A stretch of 64,000 bases of DNA from an uncultured Gammaproteobacteria bacterium. GTDB taxonomy: Bacteria; Patescibacteriota; Microgenomatia; Daviesbacterales; UBA10151. Position numbers and translations under genes: made by a program. The DNA is taken from NCBI GenBank assembly GCA_964387865.1, contig CAYLXC010000002.1, positions 18,676-82,675 of the forward strand. Reading direction: 5' to 3'. Within the stretch, counting starts at the first letter, position 1. Each line of letters starts with the position of its first letter. Under the pieces are notes generated by a model that saw only the letters and a list, made by a program, of their open reading frames with translations, had not been told where the DNA came from and did no database searches. Positions 19,233-29,726 of the stretch are shown here, in pieces.

Positions 19233-20411
19233 ATGGCAAGTAAGAAAAAATTTATTCCCGGAAAAACAAGAGTTTTGTATGGTGGAGTTGCTTTTGGAAA
19301 AGAAGAACGGAGAGCAATTGATGAAATTTTAGATAAGAATTGGTGGGGATTATCCGAACAGGGAAAACTATTTGAAAAGGAGTTAGCAGAAACACAGGGA
19401 GTAAAAAGAGCAATCCTTGCAAATTCAGGATCTTCTGCATTAGACCTTGGCATTAGAGCGCTACAGCTCCCTAAAGGAAGTGAAGTAATTGTTCCTGCCT
19501 GTACATTCCCGACTCCAATAGCATCTTTAATAAATTATGGTCTTAAACCAGTGGTTGCTGATATAGAAATTGGTAATTATTTCTTTAGCCCAAAATCTTT
19601 AGAAAGGTCAATAAGCAAAAAGACCGCTGCAATTCTACTTGTTTATGTTGCCGGATTAGTGGGTGATTTAGACAAAATATTAAATATTGCAAAGAAAAAT
19701 AAATTAAAAGTAATTGAAGATAATTGTGATGGATTTGGTGGAATATGGAAAGGTAGAATGCTTGGAAGTTTTGGTGAGTTTTCTACAATCTCCACGCATG
19801 CAGCACATATAATCTCAACAGGTGAAGGTGGGGTAGTCTTAACCAATGATGATGAATTGGCAGATAGAGTTATATCTATAAGGGATTGGGGAAGAATTTT
19901 AGATTTTGAGGATAGGAAAAAGGAACTAGGAGATTTTCCTGCAGATTATAGGAGATACATATATTCGGAATTAGGATCAAACCTTAAACCGTTAGAACTA
20001 CAAGCTGCAATGGGTAGAGTACAACTGAGAAGATTACAAGAATTTAAAAAGAAAAGAAAAAGGAATGCTGAAGTTTTAAGAAAAATACTTTCTGAATATA
20101 AAGATAGAGTTATTTTGCCATCCCATCATCCTAATGCAGATGTCTGTTGGTATACTTTCCCGGTTACATTAAGAAGGGGCTCCAGAAAAAAAGTTTTGGA
20201 GGCTTTAGACAAAGCAAACATCGAATGGAGGCCAATTTTGGCAGGAAACATTGCTCGTCAACCAGCTTTTGTTAATCATATAATAGTTCGAGATAAATTA
20301 AATAATTCAGATCAATTATTGAACCAAAGTTTTTGGGTATCTGTGCATCCTACACATTCAATCGAGGTTATGGAATTTGTAGCAAACACAATAAAAAAAG
20401 CTCTTGATTAA
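19233..20411 (+). CDS. DegT/DnrJ/EryC1/StrS-family PLP enzyme, RfbH/ColD-like NDP-4-keto-sugar 3-dehydrase type
   Basis: ANSGSSA, IEDNCD, STHAAHIISTGEGG (His at the usual Lys position), RDWGR, NLKPLELQAA, RPILAGNI. Start taken at ATG 19233. Confidence 0.8.
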   Translation: MASKKKFIPGKTRVLYGGVAFGKEERRAIDEILDKNWWGLSEQGKLFEKELAETQGVKRAILANSGSSALDLGIRALQLPKGSEVIVPACTFPTPIASLINYGLKPVVADIEIGNYFFSPKSLERSISKKTAAILLVYVAGLVGDLDKILNIAKKNKLKVIEDNCDGFGGIWKGRMLGSFGEFSTISTHAAHIISTGEGGVVLTNDDELADRVISIRDWGRILDFEDRKKELGDFPADYRRYIYSELGSNLKPLELQAAMGRVQLRRLQEFKKKRKRNAEVLRKILSEYKDRVILPSHHPNADVCWYTFPVTLRRGSRKKVLEALDKANIEWRPILAGNIARQPAFVNHIIVRDKLNNSDQLLNQSFWVSVHPTHSIEVMEFVANTIKKALD

Positions 20412-20417
20412 ATTAAT

Positions 20418-21344
20418 ATGTCTGCCAAAAACATTCACACACTTCTGATTACCGGTTCAACTGGTTTGGTTGGATCAAGATTTGTTGAACTTTTTAAAAA
20501 CAATTTTTCAATCGTTACTATCGGAAGAAGTAATGTAGATAATCAGATAGATTTAACTTCCAAAGAAGAAGTATTCAGAACTATTCAATCATCTGATGCT
20601 GATGCTGTAATCAATTTTGCAGCTTACACTAATGTAGATGAAGCGGAAAAAGAAAAAGGAGATACAAAAGGAGAGGTATACACCATAAATACACTACTGC
20701 CATTTTGGCTTGCAAAAAGTTGCCAAACTTCCGGAAAGAAACTTTATCATATCTCGACCGATTATGTTTTTGATGGAAAACAAACGAATAGGTCCTACAC
20801 AGAAGAAGATATTCCTAAACCGGTTGACTGTTGGTATTCAATAACAAAATATGAAGGAGAAATTGGCGTTGCTAACGGTTTTAAAAAACAGGAAAATTTT
20901 TCAATTATTCGGATATCCTATCCATACAGCGGTGTTTATAAGAGAAAATTAGATGTTGCCAGAGCTATTATAGAAAGGTTGGTTAGGAAAGAGTCCTATT
21001 TTGGTATAACAGATCAGAAAGTAAAACCAACTAGTGTGGATGATATTGCAAATGCTTTAAATCTGCTGCTAAAAAAGAGGGTCTATGGTATATTTCATAT
21101 TGCAGGTAATTTTTCTCCAAATGAATACATTACTCCTTATGACTTTGCACTCAAAATTGCTGAAACTTTCGAATTGGATTCTTCGTTAATTAAGCCTATA
21201 ACCTTTTTAGAATTTTCAAAAGAAAGGATTACACCAAGGCCTCAACATACATGGCTTGATACTACAAAAATAGAATCGCTTGGTTTTAGTATTACTAATA
21301 CTAATCAAGCTCTAAATAGATTAAGACAACAATTTAACCACTAG
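20418..21344 (+). CDS. rmlD: dTDP-4-dehydrorhamnose reductase-like (RmlD family)
   Basis: ITGSTGLVG, INFAAYTNVDEAE, HISTDYVFDG, YSITK. Confidence 0.85.
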   Translation: MSAKNIHTLLITGSTGLVGSRFVELFKNNFSIVTIGRSNVDNQIDLTSKEEVFRTIQSSDADAVINFAAYTNVDEAEKEKGDTKGEVYTINTLLPFWLAKSCQTSGKKLYHISTDYVFDGKQTNRSYTEEDIPKPVDCWYSITKYEGEIGVANGFKKQENFSIIRISYPYSGVYKRKLDVARAIIERLVRKESYFGITDQKVKPTSVDDIANALNLLLKKRVYGIFHIAGNFSPNEYITPYDFALKIAETFELDSSLIKPITFLEFSKERITPRPQHTWLDTTKIESLGFSITNTNQALNRLRQQFNH

Positions 21345-22077
21345 TAATTAAAAAATTTGCCTTTCTGATATTTAGGCGATGAAAGATATACTCTATGAGT
21401 AACCTTATATTTTCAATCCCATGTTTTATGGAACCAATAAGGTTAGGTGAGATAGCTTCTTTAGAGTACCTTTTTGTAACAGGTACCTCGGCAATTTTAA
21501 ATCCAAAGTAAACAGTTTGAATTATCAGCTGAGGATCAAAAAGATAACCATTACCATTTTTCATAAAAGGAATCGTTTTGAGTAGTTTCTTTGTATATCC
21601 TCTATATCCTGAATTAACTTCTATTAAATTTGTACCCAATACAAGATTAAAAAGTAGCGCAATTATCCTAAGTGATAATGATTTATAAACTGGTGTCTGA
21701 TTAATCCCGGTTGTTAAAAAACGCGATCCTAAGATTAGGTCCCCTTTGCCTTGCTTAAGTGCCCTTATAAACTTAGGTATTTCTCCACCATCATATTGTC
21801 CATCCGGATGCAACATTATGATATAATCCGCTTCCCTTTTTAAGCTTTCTGTATAGAGAGTTTTTTGATTGGCTCCATATCCTAAATTTCTTTTGTGAAC
21901 AATAGGTTTTATATCTAGACTTTTTATCACTTCAACAGTTCTATCTTTCGATCCATCATCAACTATAATGATCTCATCGACAAAAGACTTTGGAATTTTT
22001 ATATAAACATCCTTTAATGTCCTTTCCGAATTATAAGCAGGAATTACTACCAAAACTTTACCATCTCCGTCTTTCAT
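21334..22077 (-). CDS. GT2, polyprenol-phosphate glycosyltransferase (DPM1-like)
   Basis: VVIPAYN, VDDGSKD, GYGANQK, HPDGQY, GSRF, SGYRGY. Confidence 0.88.
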   Translation of the reverse strand: MKDGDGKVLVVIPAYNSERTLKDVYIKIPKSFVDEIIIVDDGSKDRTVEVIKSLDIKPIVHKRNLGYGANQKTLYTESLKREADYIIMLHPDGQYDGGEIPKFIRALKQGKGDLILGSRFLTTGINQTPVYKSLSLRIIALLFNLVLGTNLIEVNSGYRGYTKKLLKTIPFMKNGNGYLFDPQLIIQTVYFGFKIAEVPVTKRYSKEAISPNLIGSIKHGIENIRLLIEYIFHRLNIRKANFLITSG

Positions 22078-22130
22078 ATTTTAAATCACAAATGATAATA
22101 TCATAATAATGTCTGTTAACCAATTGACCC

Positions 22131-24002
22131 ATGAAGATAATTGCAGGTAGTTTCTTGATTGTTAAAATCTTTATTGTGATTTTGCTAGTATGGGCCATAC
22201 AAACCCTTTTTCTTCATGAGCTAGTTAATAACGGTATATCTGGAGACGACCTGGAATGGCTTTTCTATTTTCATGCATATAGAGGCGATCTTATTAGCCA
22301 GTTCCCTTTTATTTGGAATGATAGGACCATTTACATTGTACAAGAAATATATTATATGGGAATGCTGGAGGGTATTTTTGGCTTTTTAAATCTACCCGCT
22401 TTTCAACTGACCCATCTGTTATTTAAATCTCTGGCTACTTTATCATTATATTTCTTAATCTTCAGCTTGCTTAAAAACAGGCTTTTTGCTTTTTTAGCAG
22501 CATTCTTCTTTATTATTTCTTCCTCAACAACCGGGGTATTTGAACTAGTAGTGTATGGTACATGTTTCTTATCTATAAGCTTTATTTGTTTTTTCATTCT
22601 TTTTTATATCCAGTCTTTAAAAGATAGTAAAAAGATTTTACTAGCCTCACTATTTCTCTTTCTGGCACTTGTTCTATGTCCACCGAGAACTTTTCCTATC
22701 ATAGTAGTTCCTTTTGTTGTGGAATTAATTCGTTTGATTAGGAAATTTAGACCCTTTGTTTTTTTACGAAGACTATTAATTTTTTACTTTCTGCCATTTA
22801 CATTATTCGGGGGGGATGCAAGACATGTTACAGGGGGGTCATGGGTTGTTCATCTTTATGATTTTACAGCGGGCAATTATTATTCGATCACATACCCTCT
22901 TCAAGTACTCAGCTCTCTTTTTATTGATAAAAGCTTCCTGGAATATATTTTCGGCCAATGGAAGAATGTAAATTTAAATGTAGTTTTAGCATTACAGCTA
23001 CTCTTGCTTCCTTTCTCGATATTTCTGGGCTTAATCATAAAAACGAAGAAGCTCGGTATTTTCCTTGTTAAGATAACATTGTTAACTTTTCTCCTGCAAG
23101 CTATTCTGTATGTGCTTGGTTCCCTAAGCCATGATTTACCACCAGGGTTTGCTATTATACAAAAAGTAAATTTTAACACCATATCATTTTTACAAGCATC
23201 CCTGGGAGGATACCTCTTAATCTTTGGATTATTCTTAGGGTTTGAGTGCTGGCAGAATCAAAGGAATAATCATCTGATGAGGGTTTTAGTGGCAGCTTGG
23301 CTTTGGACAGTAATATCTTTAATTTTAATATGGTTTAGTGCTGGGGGAGTGCAGATAGCAGATCAAGTTGATCGAAGATATGTATTACTTACATCTTTAG
23401 GAGCTGTTGTTTTCACTGCTGGAATATTTACCTTAGCTATTGAAAGTTTACTGAAAATAAGAAATCGAGCTGCTAAAATATCATCACTTTTTCTAATATG
23501 TGTTGCCCTACTAACAATTACTTTTGGCAATTACAGATTTTTGGATCAATATTTTTATAAGAGAAATCAGGAGTTGGGTTTTGATTCTTCCTGGCAAAAA
23601 CTTATGTATCAACGGTTTCTAAACAAATTCGGAAAAGCTAACTTACATAAAGACGCCTTTATATACATAGATTTTAGTGGGAGTGAGGAGAAAGATAGAA
23701 TATTCTACACAAATTCAGTTGGAATTATTTATAAACTGATATATTATGAAGATGGTCACCTAATAAGGGATAACTGTAAGGCGGTAGTTCATGACCCCAG
23801 AGTTTTAAAGAAGTCTTATACTGTTGTCAATGGGGAAAAAGGTTTTATCTTTGATACCATCTGTGTCAATCCTGTTATAGGACAAGATGGTAAACCTCAT
23901 TACTATTCTTTGGATAATTTTTATGCTTATTCACTGCAAAATAGGGAATTTGTAGACATTAAGGAAAAAACTATAGCCGAGCTTGATCAAGCTGTACCTT
24001 AG
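22131..24002 (+). CDS. Polytopic membrane protein, putative GT-C glycosyltransferase (family B)
   Basis: TM1 then GDDLEW, about 13 TMs, PPRTFP, RRYV, C-terminal NFYAYSLQNREFVDIK. Confidence 0.65.
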   Translation: MKIIAGSFLIVKIFIVILLVWAIQTLFLHELVNNGISGDDLEWLFYFHAYRGDLISQFPFIWNDRTIYIVQEIYYMGMLEGIFGFLNLPAFQLTHLLFKSLATLSLYFLIFSLLKNRLFAFLAAFFFIISSSTTGVFELVVYGTCFLSISFICFFILFYIQSLKDSKKILLASLFLFLALVLCPPRTFPIIVVPFVVELIRLIRKFRPFVFLRRLLIFYFLPFTLFGGDARHVTGGSWVVHLYDFTAGNYYSITYPLQVLSSLFIDKSFLEYIFGQWKNVNLNVVLALQLLLLPFSIFLGLIIKTKKLGIFLVKITLLTFLLQAILYVLGSLSHDLPPGFAIIQKVNFNTISFLQASLGGYLLIFGLFLGFECWQNQRNNHLMRVLVAAWLWTVISLILIWFSAGGVQIADQVDRRYVLLTSLGAVVFTAGIFTLAIESLLKIRNRAAKISSLFLICVALLTITFGNYRFLDQYFYKRNQELGFDSSWQKLMYQRFLNKFGKANLHKDAFIYIDFSGSEEKDRIFYTNSVGIIYKLIYYEDGHLIRDNCKAVVHDPRVLKKSYTVVNGEKGFIFDTICVNPVIGQDGKPHYYSLDNFYAYSLQNREFVDIKEKTIAELDQAVP

Positions 24003-24026
24003 GCTAATTTGTTATTATAAAAGAAA

Positions 24027-25892
24027 ATGGGAAAAAATTTAGTCTTAATTGTGATCCTGATAATAATAGTTTTTGCTTCACAATTTATATTAGCTCGAAA
24101 ACAGCTTGATTATGGATTCTACAATGATGATTGGTATGTTCTAGGGTGGTATAAACAAGTTGTTGGAAATCCTATTTTGGATATGCCGAAAGCCTTCAAG
24201 GAGATTGGTCCTCACAACTTTGTTCATGCTTATTATATGGGGGTAATGTTTGATTTTTTTAAACTGAACTATCCTTACTACCATGTTATAAATACATTAC
24301 TTAAAGCTTTAGCTGTTTTAAGCTTTTTTCCTGTAGTTTATCTTCTGTTTAAGAGTAAATTCTTAGCCTTTTTAGCCACTTTTATTTTTGCAGTCCACTT
24401 CTCTCCATATGGAGTGATATACCATGTGATAGGAGGAGAAGGTTCTCTAGTTGTTATTTTTATGAATTTGTTTTTGGCAGTCTATATTTATTCTTCCCAA
24501 AAACATTTGCTTAACAATGTAAAAATTTTATTTCTACTACTTGCACTTCTTTTAACAACAGCTTCCTTTGAGATTACCAGGGCTTATCCGGTTTTATTAT
24601 TCTTGCCCTTTTTAGAATTTATAAATTTTTTTGTTAACAGAGCATCAACCAATGTTAAAGCAATACTCTTAAGACTTCTATTTCTCTATTCTCCATTCAT
24701 TTTCCTACTGGCTTACCATCCTTCAGCTCTAAACGAAATAAATTTTAACAAATTTATACGTATTATAGATTGGGGTAACTATCAACTAATCCTTACTATT
24801 TTTAGTTCATTTGGAAGTACTTTTGTTCCGGAAGGTCTGATAGATCAGTTAAATTTGTTTGCAAGAATAGGAGAGGGTGTTCTTTACAGGGATTTGGAAA
24901 CCTTTCTTACCTTCCTGATTTTTAGATTTTTGATAATCTCTATTCCGTTACTTATAGTCATAAGCTCATTGGTTGGTCTGAAGCCTAAATGGATTTTGAG
25001 AAGTTTATTTTTAATCATTAGTTTTTCGATCCTAGCCTTTTGGCTTGCTAATCATTGGTTGTATCTTGACCCTAAGCTTCGTGCCCCGGTTGATCCTTCA
25101 ACATATTTCATTCCAGCCTTAATTGGTTTGTTTGTATTTTCTTGCGCAATTTCATTTTTGATTGAGTGGTTTTATAATAGGGGAAATAATCTTCTTTTTT
25201 CGCTTGCCTTAGCCCCCATTTTTTCTCTTCTTTATACTTTTTTAACCTGGATTTTGGTTGATGATAATGCTATTTTTATGGGAGTTCATGCTTACTTGAA
25301 TATTCCTGCCATAGGATCCAGTTTATTTCTTGCGATACTGCTCTATTTGACCTTTCAAAAACTTTTATCTAATCAATCTAAAATAATTGGCAAATTTGTT
25401 GCCTCCTTCACTATCATTTATTTTTTATTTTTCATAACTTTCAGTGCACACCAGATTGATAAATTCTTCTCCTATTGGCTAAAAACTGGTTTTGCCGCTT
25501 CAGAACAGGAGCGTATGCATAATAGTTTTTGGAAGGAAGTTGGACTAGGTAAATCTGAAACTCAAGATCCAGTTCTGATTTACCACGATGGTTCACAAGA
25601 TAACGAAAATGGATACTTTTATGCTAATTCTTTTGTCTGGTCTATTCCAGCAATGTTGACTGTAGAAAAGGGTTTACCTTTTGATCCCGGCGGATATTGC
25701 AAAGCAGCGATGTCTTATAAAGATTTTGAAAACTTAAGAATTGAGGAAGTTAATGGTAAAAAAATGGTTGTTCAAAGTGGTTGTGGTAATGATCTTTATT
25801 ATTCCTTGGAAAACTTTTTTGCTTTTAAGATGATTAATCGGGATCTTGTTCCAATCAGATTGGAGGTTCTCAAACTGTTAGGAATTGAGTAA
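24027..25892 (+). CDS. Polytopic membrane protein, putative GT-C glycosyltransferase (family B)
   Basis: YGFYNDDW, ITRAYP, GNYQLI, HAYLNIPAIG, C-terminal NFFAFKMINRDLVPIR. Confidence 0.68.
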   Translation: MGKNLVLIVILIIIVFASQFILARKQLDYGFYNDDWYVLGWYKQVVGNPILDMPKAFKEIGPHNFVHAYYMGVMFDFFKLNYPYYHVINTLLKALAVLSFFPVVYLLFKSKFLAFLATFIFAVHFSPYGVIYHVIGGEGSLVVIFMNLFLAVYIYSSQKHLLNNVKILFLLLALLLTTASFEITRAYPVLLFLPFLEFINFFVNRASTNVKAILLRLLFLYSPFIFLLAYHPSALNEINFNKFIRIIDWGNYQLILTIFSSFGSTFVPEGLIDQLNLFARIGEGVLYRDLETFLTFLIFRFLIISIPLLIVISSLVGLKPKWILRSLFLIISFSILAFWLANHWLYLDPKLRAPVDPSTYFIPALIGLFVFSCAISFLIEWFYNRGNNLLFSLALAPIFSLLYTFLTWILVDDNAIFMGVHAYLNIPAIGSSLFLAILLYLTFQKLLSNQSKIIGKFVASFTIIYFLFFITFSAHQIDKFFSYWLKTGFAASEQERMHNSFWKEVGLGKSETQDPVLIYHDGSQDNENGYFYANSFVWSIPAMLTVEKGLPFDPGGYCKAAMSYKDFENLRIEEVNGKKMVVQSGCGNDLYYSLENFFAFKMINRDLVPIRLEVLKLLGIE

Positions 25893-25896
25893 CCAT

Positions 25897-27744
25897 TTAA
25901 AGTTGGGGTCTAATTTTTTCCATTATTTCTGACTTTATATTAATAATATCCTTATTTTGTAATTTGAATGCATAAAAATCTTTTAGAGGGAAAAACTTAT
26001 CTGCCCCACCAAAATCCTTATAGAAAAAGCCTTCTGTATTATTTGATAAACCATAGCTTGATATAAGTTTTTCTTCATCGTTAACCAAAAGAGCAACTGG
26101 GCAAGGTAATTTAGAATGGAATGGTCCATAAAGGTTGTACCACCTGTCAAATCTGTCAACCATAATAACGTTATGGGAGTATTCATTTTGCTGATCACCT
26201 TTTGTATATAAATAAAAAAATTTATTACAAGACTGCGGTTCTTCAATAAGTTTCCAAAATTGGTTTTTCATGCTGACTTGATCTGAGGCTCTCATCCCGC
26301 CGCTATCAAGAAACCTTTTTAGATATAATTGCATTTGGTCATTACTAAGGAAGAAATATGGTATTAATATTAAAAAAATAGCAGGAGCGAAATTTTTAAG
26401 AATTTTGTTGTTTTTGAATTTTGTATAAACATAAGTCAAAATAGAGGCAATCGCTGCCGAGATACCCATGCTGGGGAGGGTTGAATAACCATTTATTCCG
26501 AGCGGTATATAAACATGATCTTGTAGAATCCAGGTAAACAATATAGAAGTTAGCGCAAAAGACATTCCTAGAAGGTATAGTTTAAGGTATATATTCTGTT
26601 TATCATTTTGCCACTGTTTAAATATAAAGATTGTTAAAACAGTAATATAGATTCCAAATAGAGCAGCAGGAGTATAGGTTGTAGGGTCGTAATACTTTTT
26701 TATATCTGGGGGTAAATTTAAGGCATGGTCAATTATTAAAAAAACAATTAACTGCAGAATAAAATTTATAATGAAAACTAGAAAAAAAAATTTAAGCGGT
26801 TTTTTTGATAGAACTTTTGATAAAAAAAGCGTGAGAGATCCAAGAATTACCAAAGGACCACCAATAAAAAAGGGTATAAAACTTTCTAAATTCCAGGATG
26901 CGGAACTAAGAAACTTCAGCCCATCACCTACTAAGAAAAGACCACCTATTGTTGTAAAAGGAGTAAGGAATACTTGTAAATTTCCTAAGTATGCATTGCG
27001 TATATTTGCTACAAAGTTTCCATAGGGAGTTCCCTGGTTTCCCATGACAATAAGAAAGACAACGAAGGGTAAAAGAAATATTATGAGGGTTTTTGAGATC
27101 CATAAAAGATTAGAAAGCGATTTGTCTTTTAAATATATTATAGCCCCAAGAAAGATAATAAACATTAGGATTGGATACGCCCTTATCGGATTAATAAAAA
27201 AAGAAAAGAATAAGAATACAGAAGTTAGTATGGTCCATAAAATATTTTTGGGTCTTTTTTTATAAAGCAAGTAAAAGAAGATGAAAAAAATGTTCATTGC
27301 AGGCATTAATAAATAATCTTGCGTTCTGGATACCATTTCAAATGATCCAATAGAACCATAATGTATAGAAAATATAAGTGCGGAGATAAAAGCTAGTAAA
27401 CGAGTGTTAAATACAACTTGAATTAAGATATAGAAACTTATAATAGATAAAATTTTAAAAATTAAGCTGGTTATCTGATATGCTTCGTAATTAAAGCCAA
27501 ATAAGCTGAAAAGAATACCACTATAATAAATATGAGGGGCATGATAGGGTCCTGCATCCTGCCATACCTGATTAAATTTTAAAAAGGGGTTTGATCCAAG
27601 ACTCGAAAAATCAGAGAAGAACCAAACATCATCTGGAGAAAAACCAAATTCCAAATGGGGTTTTAGGATTAAGCTTTGGGAAAAACTTATAAGCAGAATA
27701 AATATTAATAAAAAAAGCCATTCCTTCTTAAAATAAGATATCAT
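25897..27744 (-). CDS. Polytopic membrane protein, putative GT-C glycosyltransferase (family B)
   Basis: FGFSPDDVW, NPIRAYP, GNLQVF, GYSTLPSMG, C-terminal DFYAFKLQNKDIINIK. Confidence 0.68.
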   Translation of the reverse strand: MISYFKKEWLFLLIFILLISFSQSLILKPHLEFGFSPDDVWFFSDFSSLGSNPFLKFNQVWQDAGPYHAPHIYYSGILFSLFGFNYEAYQITSLIFKILSIISFYILIQVVFNTRLLAFISALIFSIHYGSIGSFEMVSRTQDYLLMPAMNIFFIFFYLLYKKRPKNILWTILTSVFLFFSFFINPIRAYPILMFIIFLGAIIYLKDKSLSNLLWISKTLIIFLLPFVVFLIVMGNQGTPYGNFVANIRNAYLGNLQVFLTPFTTIGGLFLVGDGLKFLSSASWNLESFIPFFIGGPLVILGSLTLFLSKVLSKKPLKFFFLVFIINFILQLIVFLIIDHALNLPPDIKKYYDPTTYTPAALFGIYITVLTIFIFKQWQNDKQNIYLKLYLLGMSFALTSILFTWILQDHVYIPLGINGYSTLPSMGISAAIASILTYVYTKFKNNKILKNFAPAIFLILIPYFFLSNDQMQLYLKRFLDSGGMRASDQVSMKNQFWKLIEEPQSCNKFFYLYTKGDQQNEYSHNVIMVDRFDRWYNLYGPFHSKLPCPVALLVNDEEKLISSYGLSNNTEGFFYKDFGGADKFFPLKDFYAFKLQNKDIINIKSEIMEKIRPQL

Positions 27745-27777
27745 TTTAGTTTGTAACTGATATATAATAAGGCAAAA

Positions 27778-29709
27778 GTGAGAGGTTTACTACTAGATAA
27801 AAAAAATTTACTTACACTTCTTTTTTTACTAATCCTCACGGTTACTTTGAATAGTCTAATTTTTTCAAACCAGTTAAATTATGGATTTAGAGATGTAGAT
27901 TGGCAAGTGCTTTATTATTTTAAGCTTTTCGGTAATTTATCTTTAGATCATTTGCTAGAAAATATTAAAGTTTTGGGGGTTTATATTTCTGAATCATACT
28001 ATGTTGGATTACTTGAGAAACTCTTTGGATTAAACTTTATAAAGCTTCATCAGGTCAGCCATTTTTTCAAAGTCGCTGCCGCAATAAGTGTTTATATACT
28101 TATATTAATAGTTTTCAAAAAGAGGCTACTGGCATTTATTACAAGTTTAATATACACAATTTCTTATACTCATGCAGGAGTTCTTTTTCAATTAGCATCC
28201 GGGGTAATTTTTTTAACCACAATACTCATGAATTCATTTTTAATTACATATTATTACAGTTTATTAGGAAAAGACATTATAAAACACTCTATCATTGCTG
28301 GTGTTTTGTTAATTTCTGCACTAATCTTAAAGCCTGAAAGGATGTATCCGTTGATAGCTTTAATCCTACTTGTAGAAATTTTTTTAGTTGTGCGAGGCAA
28401 TTTTTTAAAAAGTTTACAAATTTCATGTTTAAAGCGAACCGTTACCATTTTTTTGCCGCTTATTTTTCTTGTTGTTTTCTATATATTCCTACTTAAAGAT
28501 ATTGCCCCTTCAGGGTTTACTCCCAATCAATTTTTTGAAAGTACAAGTATAAGGATTGATAGTGTTACCGGTGGGAATTGGCAGCTTTTAATATATCCTT
28601 TTGCATCATTTGGAAGTATATTTTTATATGAGGATTACTGGAAGCTTCTGGGCATGTTAAATTTTCAAAATTTCACAGCATATCTTTCTTCCTTAATTTT
28701 TGGTCCAGTTTTTCGGTTGGGAGTAGTCGCATTTATTCTCATTTCAGTAATTTTTAGAAAATCTTTCAAATTAACATTAATTACCATGGTTTCGGTTTTT
28801 ATTTTCGGGCTAATAATCTTTTGGTTAAACACTAATTGGCAGCATATAAATATGTCGGTACGTATCCACTTTGATCCAAATTTAATGGCTCAACCTGCCA
28901 TATTTGGTTTCTATATTTTTATACTGAACCTTATATTTTTTATTAAGTGGATCAGAAGTAATGATCCGATGCTCCTTCCCCTTATTGTTGGTTTTTCCTT
29001 TGCGATTTTATTTACCCTGCTTAGCTGGATTCCCTCTGACATACAGCTAATATTTATGGGGCCTCAAAGATATTTAAGCATACCCTCAATCGGCACAAGT
29101 CTTTTTATCTCTGGACTGCTGGTGATAGTTTTCAATAGATTACAAGAAGTAAAATTTACTAAACAGTTTGCCTGGATAATTTTTTTAATTTTAGCCCCTT
29201 TAATTTTTGTAAATTTCCAGGTTGCCAATAAATTTTTTGATTACGAACTGACGTTTGCCGGATTGATAGGAAGCGATCAAATAAGAATGAAAAACAAGTT
29301 TCGTTATCTTGCAAAAGATCTTAGCCAGGAAGACAAATCACTATTTTATTTTGATGAAACTGCGGATAAAGATAATGGATACTTTGACGAAGGTACCACA
29401 ATGGCAGGATTTGAATTTTGGACTAGGATCAACAGTGACGGCACTTTAAACACTTTTCCGGAGCCAGGAATGTTGAGGACCAATGTTCAATGTATTGAAC
29501 ATACTCATCAAAGTTGTTTAAAAATGTTGCATAAAGGATTAGCAGAAGAAAATGGCGAGAAAGGAATTTGGTATAAAGATGTAATTAGAGCTAAACAAGG
29601 ACTACGTTTTTATAAACTTACTAATTTTTACGCATTTAGATTTATCAATAAAGATATAGTGGATATTAGGAAAGAAGTTTTAGAAGAGCTAACTGCTACA
29701 AATCACTAA
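27778..29709 (+). CDS. Polytopic membrane protein, putative GT-C glycosyltransferase (family B)
   Basis: YGFRDVDW, KPERMYP, GNWQLL, QRYLSIPSIG, C-terminal NFYAFRFINKDIVDIR. Confidence 0.68.
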   Translation: MRGLLLDKKNLLTLLFLLILTVTLNSLIFSNQLNYGFRDVDWQVLYYFKLFGNLSLDHLLENIKVLGVYISESYYVGLLEKLFGLNFIKLHQVSHFFKVAAAISVYILILIVFKKRLLAFITSLIYTISYTHAGVLFQLASGVIFLTTILMNSFLITYYYSLLGKDIIKHSIIAGVLLISALILKPERMYPLIALILLVEIFLVVRGNFLKSLQISCLKRTVTIFLPLIFLVVFYIFLLKDIAPSGFTPNQFFESTSIRIDSVTGGNWQLLIYPFASFGSIFLYEDYWKLLGMLNFQNFTAYLSSLIFGPVFRLGVVAFILISVIFRKSFKLTLITMVSVFIFGLIIFWLNTNWQHINMSVRIHFDPNLMAQPAIFGFYIFILNLIFFIKWIRSNDPMLLPLIVGFSFAILFTLLSWIPSDIQLIFMGPQRYLSIPSIGTSLFISGLLVIVFNRLQEVKFTKQFAWIIFLILAPLIFVNFQVANKFFDYELTFAGLIGSDQIRMKNKFRYLAKDLSQEDKSLFYFDETADKDNGYFDEGTTMAGFEFWTRINSDGTLNTFPEPGMLRTNVQCIEHTHQSCLKMLHKGLAEENGEKGIWYKDVIRAKQGLRFYKLTNFYAFRFINKDIVDIRKEVLEELTATNH

Positions 29710-29726
29710 ATATTTGTGGTATCATC

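Noticed and set aside
19191-20411. DegT-family gene as the LmbS-like aminotransferase completing lincosamine
   Set aside because: The PLP-binding Lys is replaced by His, which fits a dehydrase rather than a transaminase.
9759-21344. Antibiotic (lincosamide/aminoglycoside) biosynthetic cluster
   Set aside because: No NRPS-like, thiol-transfer, resistance or export genes. The context is entirely cell-surface glycosylation.
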